The notes under the pieces were generated by a model. The model was not told where the DNA came from, ran no database searches, and was given only the letters and a program-made list of their open reading frames with translations. A stretch of DNA of 26,426 nucleotides from assembly GCA_048886185.1 (NCBI GenBank), contig JBHLKY010000036.1, positions 1 to 26,426 on the forward strand, read 5' to 3'. This DNA is from Candidatus Hermodarchaeota archaeon. GTDB taxonomy: Archaea; Asgardarchaeota; Heimdallarchaeia; Hodarchaeales; Hodarchaeaceae. Made by a program: the position numbers and the translations under genes. Shown here piece after piece: positions 1 through 8,707 of this stretch; positions within the stretch are counted from its first letter, which is position 1; the number at the start of each line of letters is the position of its first letter.

Positions 1-1901
1 GATAACATGTGTTCTTCAGAAACTTGAAGAGCCGAAAGCGCTTTCTCTGATATATAAACTCTGGTAATATCATGGTGTGTTATCCACCCAATCAACCGAG
101 GAAACTCGTTTTTCTGACTTGGAGGTTTATCTACCACAGGAAGGCGTGAGATATCTTTATTTTCCATGATATGGACCACATGCATCAAAGATGCCTCTTT
201 GCTTACACACACGAGAGGTTTATCCTTTTTTATTAATATATCAAACACATTCCAGTCCTTGGGAGAATTATACAATGCATTTTGGACATCACTTAGGGTA
301 ATTATCCCGAGAAACATATCCTGTTCAATAACTGGAAATCCTTCGTGACGTGTAGTACGTACAAGTTCTAATACTGTTTCTAACCTCGTTTTAGTATCAA
401 CTACAACCAGTTTTTCACGAGGTGTCATTGCTTTTTCAACAGTGATTGTTTCTAATAAGTCTACTCGAGGTTCCTCCAATACTACTCCTCGACGGATTAA
501 TTTCAAAGTATAAATATTTTCTTTCTCAAGAAAGATAGAGATAAGCCAACTAATCGCTACAACAAACATGAGAGGGATTGTAAGAAAATAATCTTCCGTC
601 ATTTCTGCTGTCATAATAATTGCAGTAAGGGGAGCACGACCTGTACCCGCAAAAAAGGCTGCCATGCCTAATAGTGCAAAAAGCGTAATAGGCACATTAG
701 ATATCACAATAATATCATCGATAAATATACTGAATATCGCACCTAACATAACACCTAAAAATAGTGTAGGTGCAAATACCCCACCTGATCCTCCAGTTCC
801 TATAGTAAAAACAGTACTAAGCGCTTTTAAAATAAATAACACAATTAAAAGAGTTAAAGCCATTGAAACAGAACCAATTATTAATGATCCCTGAAATACA
901 GCTTCTATTGGAAGATAAGTACGCCCCATTATTGTATAGGTTTCCCATTTGTTACCAAAATAAGCAAATGTTAATGCCAATGTTAGTCCTACAAATAATC
1001 CCCCTAGAGCTGGTTGTAAGAAATCAGGAATCTTAAACTTGTCATTTATATAATCAAAAATGTCTTCAGATTTATAAAAGAATTTTATCCATAAAGCAGA
1101 GCCTATCCCACATATCACCCCTAAAATGATAAAAAATGGAATTAAAGCAGGGTCATGATATTCTAAAGGAGGAAATCCAATGAAAGCAGGCTCTGTTCCT
1201 AAAAGCAGCTGACCAACAACTACACCAACAACAGCTGCCACAATAATGGGAATAAATAGAGCAGTTGTCCCTCCTCCGCTCATGAGAATCTCAAGAGCAA
1301 ATAGTGCTCCTCCAATAGGTGCATTAAATGTTGAAGCGATCCCTGCAGCGACTCCTGATACAACTAATGTCCTAAGTTCACGAGGACTGATGTTCAGTTT
1401 CTGCCCAACTAATGAAGCAAAACCCGCCCCTATCTGGGCAATGGGGCCTTCCCGACCAGCTGACCCTCCTGAACCAAGTGTTGTAGCTGACGCTATGATT
1501 TTTATAAAAGGGACTCGTAAATTCATTTTACCATTTTTTAGGGCAACAGACTCTAATACTTCAGGAACTCCATGGCCTTTGGTCTCTTCTGATACCCTAG
1601 AGGTAAGAAGACCAACAATTATACTCCCAATAATTGGCGCAAGAAGAAAAGGTAACCAAGTAATTTGGGAAAAACCAAAACTTTTCATCACTTGTATTGG
1701 AATGGAATAAAAGACCTCATAAATTACTAATATAGCTACACGAAAAATCCATGAACCCAGCCCCCCAACGATTCCTACTGCGACAGCAAGAATGTTTAAA
1801 CGAACTAGAGGGAATATATCTCGTCTTTTTCTAATGAAATTCTTTATTTGAACCCAAAGTAAAATAATTGCAGAAAATTTTTGAGAAATATTTATTTTCA
1901 A
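1..1901 (-). CDS. ClC-family chloride channel/transporter with C-terminal CBS pair; 3' end truncated by the window edge
   Basis: Not in the ORF track because it has no stop in the window. Manual minus-strand translation gives GHGVP (1563-1577), GREGP (1443-1457), FNAPIGGALFALEIL, GGSGGVFAP, ENIYTLKL and CBS-type LIGWITHHDI. The frame is open at every segment checked down to base 1. First plausible start after an in-frame TGA (1905-1907) is TTG at 1901, with GGTGG upstream. Confidence 0.93.
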   Translation of the reverse strand, partial: MKINISQKFSAIILLWVQIKNFIRKRRDIFPLVRLNILAVAVGIVGGLGSWIFRVAILVIYEVFYSIPIQVMKSFGFSQITWLPFLLAPIIGSIIVGLLTSRVSEETKGHGVPEVLESVALKNGKMNLRVPFIKIIASATTLGSGGSAGREGPIAQIGAGFASLVGQKLNISPRELRTLVVSGVAAGIASTFNAPIGGALFALEILMSGGGTTALFIPIIVAAVVGVVVGQLLLGTEPAFIGFPPLEYHDPALIPFFIILGVICGIGSALWIKFFYKSEDIFDYINDKFKIPDFLQPALGGLFVGLTLALTFAYFGNKWETYTIMGRTYLPIEAVFQGSLIIGSVSMALTLLIVLFILKALSTVFTIGTGGSGGVFAPTLFLGVMLGAIFSIFIDDIIVISNVPITLFALLGMAAFFAGTGRAPLTAIIMTAEMTEDYFLTIPLMFVVAISWLISIFLEKENIYTLKLIRRGVVLEEPRVDLLETITVEKAMTPREKLVVVDTKTRLETVLELVRTTRHEGFPVIEQDMFLGIITLSDVQNALYNSPKDWNVFDILIKKDKPLVCVSKEASLMHVVHIMENKDISRLPVVDKPPSQKNEFPRLIGWITHHDITRVYISEKALSALQVSEEHML

Positions 1902-2486
1902 TATTCAATTGCCACCAATTTTTTCTGTATATTATCTATTAATCTAATACTTTATATTTGGCCCTAAATGATATAAAAAATGCAATATGAAACCTGATGG
2001 GAACCTTTAATTAAGCTTTCTTTTAAACGCCTAATTTTACATTCTTTTTTCAAAAAAAGAAAGATTGCTAATTAACTTCAATAGTGGAAAAACTGATGTA
2101 TTAATGATATTCAATATTCTCTAAATAATGAAAATAAATAAAACTCGATCATTTCTTCTTCCCATTCACCAATGAAAAGGGGGCTATGTCTAGAGATATT
2201 AGAAAATAAAATTAACAAATTTAATTTTTTTTCTTATATATTATGAAGAAATTGTCTCTTTTATTAAAATTCCTTTTGTTTGCTCTGTTGTAATGATAAA
2301 AAGGAAGATTCCCAAATCTAACGAATATTGAATAGAAAAAAAAAGAATTCAAATAAAGTCTATAAAGGAGATAAGAGATTTTTTTTGACTGGAAAAATGA
2401 AGAGGGATAAGGAAGGTTTTTACAATTCATAATGTTTCTTCTTTAATCGTGTAAGAGAACTTCTTATAGAAAAGTGAGATCAATCG

Positions 2487-4466
2487 ATGCCATTTTCCAT
2501 CAGAAAGACAAGTAAATCACGATTCCGATTTCAACGAGACGTTCGACTAGAGTTAATTGCTGTGATAATCGGATTTATAAGTGGAATTGCTGGATTTATC
2601 TTTCGCTTAAGTATTGAATTATTGGATGAGATATTATTTGGCCCTCATGGTCTTATTCAACTCATAAAAGCCCATTTAGGATTACTTGCGTCTATCATCT
2701 TAATTATTTTAATTCCCACATTTGGGGGATTTATTGTAGGTTATGCTATCCATAAGCAATTTCCTTTATCGAAAGGTCATGGTATACCTAATGTTTTGGA
2801 ATTTATTCATATGCGTAAACCTATTGCCCTAAAAACTCCTATTGGAAAATTTTTACTTTCAATCCTGACAATTGGAAGTGGATTAAGTGCTGGATCTGAA
2901 GGCCCCATTGCTCAAATTGGAGCAGGCGCGGGTTCCTATCTAGGACAAAAGTATCAATGTACCCCTGCCGAGGCCAATATTTTGATTGCTGCAGGGGCGG
3001 GTGCTGGAATTGCTGCTGTCTTTAATGCTCCTTTAGGGGGTACACTTTTCAGTCTTGAGATCCTTCTTGCAACCATTTCTCTCCATACAGCTGTTCCAAT
3101 TGCTATTGCTTGTATTGTTGCAGTTTCAGTCAATTTTTTAATTTTAGGAAACTTACCGAGTGTTTTCCAAATCCCTACTTATGCGATTGAAACATTTTGG
3201 GAGCTACCATTTGTTTTTGCTTTGGGAGTACTCGCTGGTTCTGTCAGTATTTTATGGCAAAAAACACTTTACTTTGCGGAAAATTACTTTGATAATAATA
3301 AACTTGATCTTCCCATCAATACTGCAATCGGAGGAATGTGTGTAGGAATTATCCTTGTTATTTTTTCTCTGGATTTAAGGGGAGCTGGTTATCCAATAAT
3401 CCATGAAGCATTAGGTGCCCAATTTTCTGAACTTACTTCTTTAACTGGATTATCATTAGGTATTTTCTTACTTTTGGTCTGCGGCCTTAAAATTCTTGCC
3501 ACAGCTCTCTCGTTGGGTAGTGGAGTTTCAGGTGGAATTTTTGCCCCTTCTTTGTTTATGGGAGCGACATTAGGAGCAGGATATGCAGTCATTCTGAATT
3601 CTCTATTTGACCTAAATTTAAATATAGGATTGTACGCATTATTAGGACTAGCAGCTCTTTTTGCTGGAGCCGCTCGCGCACCCATTACAATGATTGTAAT
3701 AGCAATTGAAATGAGTGGTGATCTCCGACTATTACCTCCCATGATGTTAGCAATCATTATTTCTTTTCTTATCCATTTTCTCTTAGTTGAGGAAAGTATA
3801 TATACTGAAAAAATAATATCTAAAGGAATTTCTAGTACAGCACGAACCGTTGACGAGCTGATGAATTTCATCACTGTTGATGAAGTCATGTCAAGAGAAG
3901 TTATAGCAATTCTTGAAGATACAATGATAGATGACCTTCTAGATGTTTTTATGTGCTATAAACATTTAGGTCTTCCTGTGGTTGATAAAGAAGGAAATCT
4001 AAAAGGTATGATTACATTGTTTGACCTTCGACGTGTCCGAGCTCAAAGATTAGCGATAGCTGATATGAAAGTTAGTGAAATAATGACAAAAGAAAATGAG
4101 CTGATAGTTGCTCATCCAAAATTGACCGTTAAAGAAGCAACGGACATGATGCATAGATATATGATTGGTAGATTACCAGTAGTTCTTCGTTCAGGGACTA
4201 ATTTAAAGATCATTGGGATGTTCACACGAAGCGATATAGTTCAAACTATTGAGTCTTTTCAGGGTTTTTTAGAGACCGATCGTTCTCGTGTCAAGGGAAA
4301 ATATGATGAGTCTGTTGAAAATCTCATGGTGGATGTAATCCCTGTCACGTATCAACATTTAAAAAACAAGGTAGTAGTTATTTCTAGAGATATTATTAAA
4401 GAAGCTGAGGAATTTATCAAGCAGAAAAAAGAGAAGAACACGATTAAAGACACGAAATCTTCCTAA
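2487..4466 (+). CDS. ClC-family chloride channel/transporter with two CBS domains (659 aa)
   Basis: Motifs GHGIP, GSEGP, FNAPLGGTLFSLEIL, GGIFAP, ARAPITMIVIAIEM and SIYTEK, followed by CBS repeats (VDEVMSREV...LPVVDKEGNLKGMIT; VSEIMT...LPVV...IIGMFTRSDI). Confidence 0.95.
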   Translation: MPFSIRKTSKSRFRFQRDVRLELIAVIIGFISGIAGFIFRLSIELLDEILFGPHGLIQLIKAHLGLLASIILIILIPTFGGFIVGYAIHKQFPLSKGHGIPNVLEFIHMRKPIALKTPIGKFLLSILTIGSGLSAGSEGPIAQIGAGAGSYLGQKYQCTPAEANILIAAGAGAGIAAVFNAPLGGTLFSLEILLATISLHTAVPIAIACIVAVSVNFLILGNLPSVFQIPTYAIETFWELPFVFALGVLAGSVSILWQKTLYFAENYFDNNKLDLPINTAIGGMCVGIILVIFSLDLRGAGYPIIHEALGAQFSELTSLTGLSLGIFLLLVCGLKILATALSLGSGVSGGIFAPSLFMGATLGAGYAVILNSLFDLNLNIGLYALLGLAALFAGAARAPITMIVIAIEMSGDLRLLPPMMLAIIISFLIHFLLVEESIYTEKIISKGISSTARTVDELMNFITVDEVMSREVIAILEDTMIDDLLDVFMCYKHLGLPVVDKEGNLKGMITLFDLRRVRAQRLAIADMKVSEIMTKENELIVAHPKLTVKEATDMMHRYMIGRLPVVLRSGTNLKIIGMFTRSDIVQTIESFQGFLETDRSRVKGKYDESVENLMVDVIPVTYQHLKNKVVVISRDIIKEAEEFIKQKKEKNTIKDTKSS

Positions 4467-4584
4467 GATTCTGTTCAAGAAAGCAAAGTTCCACATTACA
4501 TGAGATTTTATATACTAACAAAGGACTAATTGTTGTGCACTATAATTGCAACATTGTTTGTTTAATAGACGGAGATGAGATTTA

Positions 4585-5100
4585 TTGAATCCTGATGCAA
4601 TGTCTGAGCCAAATTCTGAAGCAAAAGAACCGATTAAAACCACTTGGATCGATATTCTCTTTATCGGACTCTTGATTAATCTAGGCATTGTAATTCTTGT
4701 ATCAATTGTTGCGATCATTCTAAACCGTGAATATCTGAATGAATTATTATTATTGGGGATTATTACAGTAATAGTCTTTATTATTGTGATTATCTTTATC
4801 CTAATTCTGTCTCTAGGACCTCCTATGCTTGCAAGGCGAATATTCAATTGGGATGAGGATAAAGAATCGAATTGGATTGTAAATCTTCTTCTCATCCTCA
4901 GTTTTTTACTTATAATAGGAACATCTATTGGATTATTCATACTTGTACTTCCCTCTTTTCCACAAGTACAAGATCCATTTAATCTAAATGCCATTAATTC
5001 AGTATTAGGAACAATTTATTCTATTTGGTGGTTCTTTGGATTTATTATATCTGCACTAACTGTAACCATCCTCTATCTATTGCTCGAAAGCGGTCATTAA
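4585..5100 (+). CDS. Hypothetical membrane protein, about 4 TM helices (TTG start at 4585 or ATG at 4600)
   Basis: 171-aa ORF with four long hydrophobic segments and GGAG upstream; no family recognised. Confidence 0.75.
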   Translation: MNPDAMSEPNSEAKEPIKTTWIDILFIGLLINLGIVILVSIVAIILNREYLNELLLLGIITVIVFIIVIIFILILSLGPPMLARRIFNWDEDKESNWIVNLLLILSFLLIIGTSIGLFILVLPSFPQVQDPFNLNAINSVLGTIYSIWWFFGFIISALTVTILYLLLESGH

Positions 5101-5248
5101 GGAAGAAGAGAGCTATTAGAACCTTTTTTAATTTTTGTATGTCCCTTATAACTCACACTTGAAAATAGATTAAGTTGGGCGTATCTTTTTCCTTGTAATC
5201 CTTTTGAAAATAAGATAATCTGGATTAATTAATGAACTAATAATAGGA

Positions 5249-5415
5249 TTAGACATGTCTATATGAGTTTAATCAAACTGATAGTTTCATTTTGAATTTT
5301 TAAATATAAATAAATTTATATAGACAGGATTATATCAGTTTCATCACTTTGAATTAAACTCTTATGGATAAATTGAAAAATTTAGGATTTATTTTAATTT
5401 AGACTTGCCTATATG
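5249..5415 (+). repeat. Three degenerate direct repeats, TAGAC-N5-TATAT; the first contains the perfect palindrome TAGACATGTCTA. Putative operator array
   Basis: TTAGACATGTCTATATG at 5249-5265, TAGACAGGATTATAT at 5321-5335 and TTAGACTTGCCTATATG at 5399-5415. Copies 1 and 3 match at 15 of 17 positions. Confidence 0.75.
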
Positions 5416-5416
5416 G

Positions 5417-5424
5417 TATAAATA
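5417..5424 (+). promoter_or_regulatory. Putative TATA box for the 5454-7200 unit
   Basis: TATAAATA about 30 bp upstream of the GTG start at 5454, directly after the third repeat copy. Confidence 0.5.
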
Positions 5425-5453
5425 ACAATTTGTAAAAAGAATCAATACTATAG

Positions 5454-6161
5454 GTGCTTTTAGATTTGCCAAAAGGTAATGCAGAAGTTACAGATCACAT
5501 ATTACATTCAAAAATAGAGTCATTTGAGCGTCCAGTTACAGTCAATGACCTTAAGTCACGTTTAAATTGGAGTCGGGGAAAAATTGATGGATCACTTAAT
5601 CGTTTACAAGAAAAAGACAAAGTAGCGATGGTTAAAGTTTCATTACCGAAAGGACAACGTCGAAGATACGTTGGTTTACCTCATAAAACGTATTGGAAAC
5701 GATTTTATCAACAAATCATTGCCCAAGAGAAAAATATCCTTCTGAATGATCCTCTTGGGGTGTTGAAAGATTCGATACCTGAAACAAGTCATCTAAATAC
5801 CTCTTTAATGGAAGAACTCCAGAAAACAGTTAATAATCTTTATCGAACGCTAGAAGACCGAGAATTACAAATCAAATTTCTCAAACAACAAACTTTAGAT
5901 AATAGTAACCAGATCGATCCCTCAATAATTATGGTGCTTAAGGAGCAAATGGAGCTGATTACATTAGCGGCTAATCAGCGTAACATTTCACCCGCAGAAC
6001 TATTAAAATCTAGCATCCCTCAAATTGCTGACCCAAATTTCGACTTGATTACGAAAATCGTTACAGTTGTGATAAATGAGAGTCGATCCGAAGTCGATTC
6101 AATAGAGCGAACTGTCGCTCGAACATTTCTTCGACGTGCTCAAGCGTTAGAGCGCAGATGA
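5454..6161 (+). CDS. Hypothetical DNA-binding protein: N-terminal winged HTH, coiled coil, possible ribbon-helix-helix-like segment
   Basis: wHTH pattern ILHSKI...PVTVNDLKSRLNWSRGKIDGSLNRLQEKDKV...RRRYVG; heptad-like LQKTVNNLYRTLEDRELQIKFLKQ; RHH-like SIIMVLKEQMELITLAANQRNISPAELLKSSI. GTG start. Confidence 0.75.
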   Translation: MLLDLPKGNAEVTDHILHSKIESFERPVTVNDLKSRLNWSRGKIDGSLNRLQEKDKVAMVKVSLPKGQRRRYVGLPHKTYWKRFYQQIIAQEKNILLNDPLGVLKDSIPETSHLNTSLMEELQKTVNNLYRTLEDRELQIKFLKQQTLDNSNQIDPSIIMVLKEQMELITLAANQRNISPAELLKSSIPQIADPNFDLITKIVTVVINESRSEVDSIERTVARTFLRRAQALERR

Positions 6162-6171
6162 GGTAAGTAAA

Positions 6172-7200
6172 TTGTCTGACAGATTAGAACGAGAGACAAT
6201 AAAGAAACTTACCTCGGTTTCAAATGTACTAAAGAATCCTTTTAAGAATTTAGAAGGAATTTTGACTCAACTTGGAGAAATAAATGGGGATTCTCTGTAC
6301 AAAAGCGGAGGTGAATATGAAAGCGGATATGAGTTCCATTCTGTTGGTGAAAAAGCAAGAAGAGCACTCATTGAGGTTGAAGAAGAATATAACAATCCAG
6401 GGGAGAGTTTAACAAAAGTTTTACGCGATCTTGGTGAGATGTTCCATATCTGTGGAATTTGTGGCAAAGGTATTATTGAAGATGAGTTGATATCAGGCGT
6501 TTGTCTTGATTGTTATCGTAAAGGAGAATTATTACATGCTCAAAATAAGAGAATTGGAGAATTAGAAGCTCAAATTAAAAACATGGAGTCCAAATTAGAC
6601 AACTCCTCTCCACAAAAATACATGAGTGATATTATTGATGAAATCTTAGCTACTATTCGAAAGGACATCGAGTCTGATCTCAAATCAATGAAAACTGGAT
6701 TATCTCACACACAACTCGTTACTCCTCCTCCACCTCCTCCTGCAACCGATGGTCAAGAAAATAATAGTCTTAATTCTGATTTGGATTTTTCCAACATGTC
6801 TTTAGAAGAATTGCAGCGATTTTCCCCTAATTTTCTCTCTGAATTGTCTCTATCCAAGCGAAATCAGTATAATACTCGTTTAAGGGAATTACAGCTAATC
6901 AAAAAGATGACACCAAAACAGAAAAAGGAGTACTTCCGAAAGAAGCGAAAAGAGCAGAAGCAAGCAGCTGATTTAGATGAATTAAAGAATTCATTAAGAA
7001 TTTTAAGTGAATCAGATAATTCTTTATTTTTTAAAATGAAACAACAAGCTGATAAATCAATTCTAGCTGGACAAGGAACTTTAGGTAATTTTGGTCAAAA
7101 AGAGGTATTTGTTAATTGCCATAAATGCAATACAACGAACAAAATACTCGAGGATTCAAAATCTAGATGTAAAAAATGTGGGGCGCTTTTGAGAGTATGA
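6172..7200 (+). CDS. Hypothetical protein with two C4 Zn-ribbons, a coiled coil and a hexaproline tract
   Basis: CGIC-x13-CLDC (6451-6513), coiled coil, PPPPPP (6724-6741), basic helical region, and CHKC-x13-CKKC at the C-terminus (7117-7179). TTG start with GAGGT upstream, 10 bp after the previous stop. Confidence 0.85.
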   Translation: MSDRLERETIKKLTSVSNVLKNPFKNLEGILTQLGEINGDSLYKSGGEYESGYEFHSVGEKARRALIEVEEEYNNPGESLTKVLRDLGEMFHICGICGKGIIEDELISGVCLDCYRKGELLHAQNKRIGELEAQIKNMESKLDNSSPQKYMSDIIDEILATIRKDIESDLKSMKTGLSHTQLVTPPPPPPATDGQENNSLNSDLDFSNMSLEELQRFSPNFLSELSLSKRNQYNTRLRELQLIKKMTPKQKKEYFRKKRKEQKQAADLDELKNSLRILSESDNSLFFKMKQQADKSILAGQGTLGNFGQKEVFVNCHKCNTTNKILEDSKSRCKKCGALLRV

Positions 7201-7226
7201 AGGCTAATACTTGTAAAAGTGGAATG

Positions 7227-7772
7227 CTAAAAAGCACTTTTTTCCGAACGCAAGAATATTCCAATATCCACTAAATTCTGTAACCAAGGATTTTCCTCTT
7301 TAGAAATAATCTTCGCATATCCTAGTGGAATATTATTTTCGGAAGAAATCATGACAATGGAATTTTCTTCGAGATCCTTGATCTGTTTTTCTAATGAAAC
7401 AGTACTTATATCTATATCTTTGCCAAAAATAAACTTCTGAGTGCTTTCGGTATCCAATTGAATCTTTCTTTGAGTAAGGGGATTTAGAAAGGAGAGTGAT
7501 TCAATACCAACAAGGAATTTCTCTTGAATAAAGAAACCCAGCTTTATTCGTGCGAAGACAAGTTTTAGAATGTTTTCTTGAACATTAGAAGAGAAGTGTT
7601 CAAACAACGGCAAATCATTTTGTTGAACCAAATAAATCTCATTTCTACGGCCTTCTATTTTTATAAGTCTTTTTTCTTCTAGTATCTCAGTCATAGCATT
7701 GTACCCGAGCAATTGATTAATTGATATTTCAACCTGTCTAATTTCCTCTTTTGTTAATAATTTATAAAGCAT
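7227..7772 (-). CDS. nip7: Nip7-like PUA-domain ribosome biogenesis protein
   Basis: PUA-like C-terminal half (KFIFGKDI...VMISSENNIPLGYAKI) and the terminal LQNLVDIGIFLRSEK motif typical of Nip7. Its start overlaps the stop of the upstream m5C methyltransferase (TAATG). Confidence 0.8.
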   Translation of the reverse strand: MLYKLLTKEEIRQVEISINQLLGYNAMTEILEEKRLIKIEGRRNEIYLVQQNDLPLFEHFSSNVQENILKLVFARIKLGFFIQEKFLVGIESLSFLNPLTQRKIQLDTESTQKFIFGKDIDISTVSLEKQIKDLEENSIVMISSENNIPLGYAKIISKEENPWLQNLVDIGIFLRSEKSAF

Positions 7773-8704
7773 TAGGAGATCACTTTTTTTAACATTGCTA
7801 TAAAAAATCCATCATATCCAATTTTTGGGAATATTCGCTTAGTTTTTGCTAATTGAGAATGAAGAGGGCTCTTCCAATTTGTTTCATTACCTGGGGAGCC
7901 ACTTTCAAAGGGGATAGGAAGAATTGTAGCTTCCTTTGAATTTCTTCTAAGAAACTGATTAATCTGTACTTCTCCCTCTTCAGGCTCTAGACTGCAAGTA
8001 GAGTAAACTAAAGTTCCATTTGGCTTTAGTTGTTTCCATGCGTTGTTTAATAGAAGTTCCTGCTGTTTTGCATGACGAAAAATGTCTTTTATTTTTCTAG
8101 AACCCAATCGTTTATTTTTGGTGAGCTTAAGTCCTGTCCCTGAACAAGGAGCATCTAGAAGGATATGATCAACAAAGATATCTAGTTCGGGAAACATTTT
8201 AGCATCAAAATTGAGAACAATAGAGTTAATAACACCCATTCTTACAATATTCGCTTTTAATGCTGGAATTCTGTTCTTTGATTTTTCAATGGCAATAATA
8301 GTTCCTTGATTTTTCATTCTCTGAGCTAAGAAACAAGTTTTTATTCCTGGAGAAGCAGTTAAATCTGCAACAACATCATCTGTAGATAACGGAAGGCTTA
8401 ACGGAGGGATCAGGGAAGTAATTGCTTGGATTGAGAACATTCCAGATAGATACTCTGGTGTAGAAACGATATTAAATGGTTCAGACCTGACTATTAACCC
8501 GTTGAAGTTAATTGTCTTTTCAAATTTGAAAGCTTCTCTTTCTAATTGTAATTTCAATAAGGAGAATTCAGTTTTTAGTAAATTGGGGACAATTATTCTT
8601 GAATCTTTTTGTTTAAGATGGGTTATAATCGAATTAGTTCTTGATTTTCCATAGAATGCCTCCCACCTCTTGATAAAGACTGATGGAATAACTTGTTTAT
8701 TCAT
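7772..8704 (-). CDS. NOP2/RsmB (NSUN) family RNA cytosine-C5 methyltransferase
   Basis: TPEYLSGMFSIQ, motif I DLTASPGIKT, motif IV LLDAPCSGTG and motif VI LVYSTCSL (both catalytic Cys present), and DGFFIAML. Confidence 0.95.
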   Translation of the reverse strand: MNKQVIPSVFIKRWEAFYGKSRTNSIITHLKQKDSRIIVPNLLKTEFSLLKLQLEREAFKFEKTINFNGLIVRSEPFNIVSTPEYLSGMFSIQAITSLIPPLSLPLSTDDVVADLTASPGIKTCFLAQRMKNQGTIIAIEKSKNRIPALKANIVRMGVINSIVLNFDAKMFPELDIFVDHILLDAPCSGTGLKLTKNKRLGSRKIKDIFRHAKQQELLLNNAWKQLKPNGTLVYSTCSLEPEEGEVQINQFLRRNSKEATILPIPFESGSPGNETNWKSPLHSQLAKTKRIFPKIGYDGFFIAMLKKVIS

Positions 8705-8707
8705 CGG

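Noticed and set aside
166-1710. Plus-strand ORFs 166-348, 664-894 and 1246-1710
   Set aside because: Antisense shadows of the minus-strand ClC gene; no independent motifs.
2042-2061. Inverted repeat TTCTTTTTT-CA-AAAAAAGAA
   Set aside because: Homopolymer-driven with a 2-nt loop; expected by chance in AT-rich DNA.
1902-2486. Possible fluoride (crcB) riboswitch or small gene (2221-2430) between the ClC genes
   Set aside because: No GGnGAUGGnGUUCnCC...GCUGAUGAC-type core was seen on either strand, and the ClCs lack the GNNLI/GREGT motifs of fluoride-specific CLCs. The 69-aa ORF is low-complexity F/Y/K-rich sequence. An Infernal scan with the Rfam fluoride model would settle it.
3160-4994. ORFs 3160-3345, 3389-3889 and 4515-4994
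   Set aside because: They overlap better-supported genes in other frames or strands, with composition typical of membrane-protein shadows.
5251-5410. AGACATGTCT and AGACTTGCCT both match the p53 half-site consensus RRRCWWGYYY
   Set aside because: No p53-like domain is seen in the window. The match is treated as coincidence for a CWWG-centred palindromic operator.
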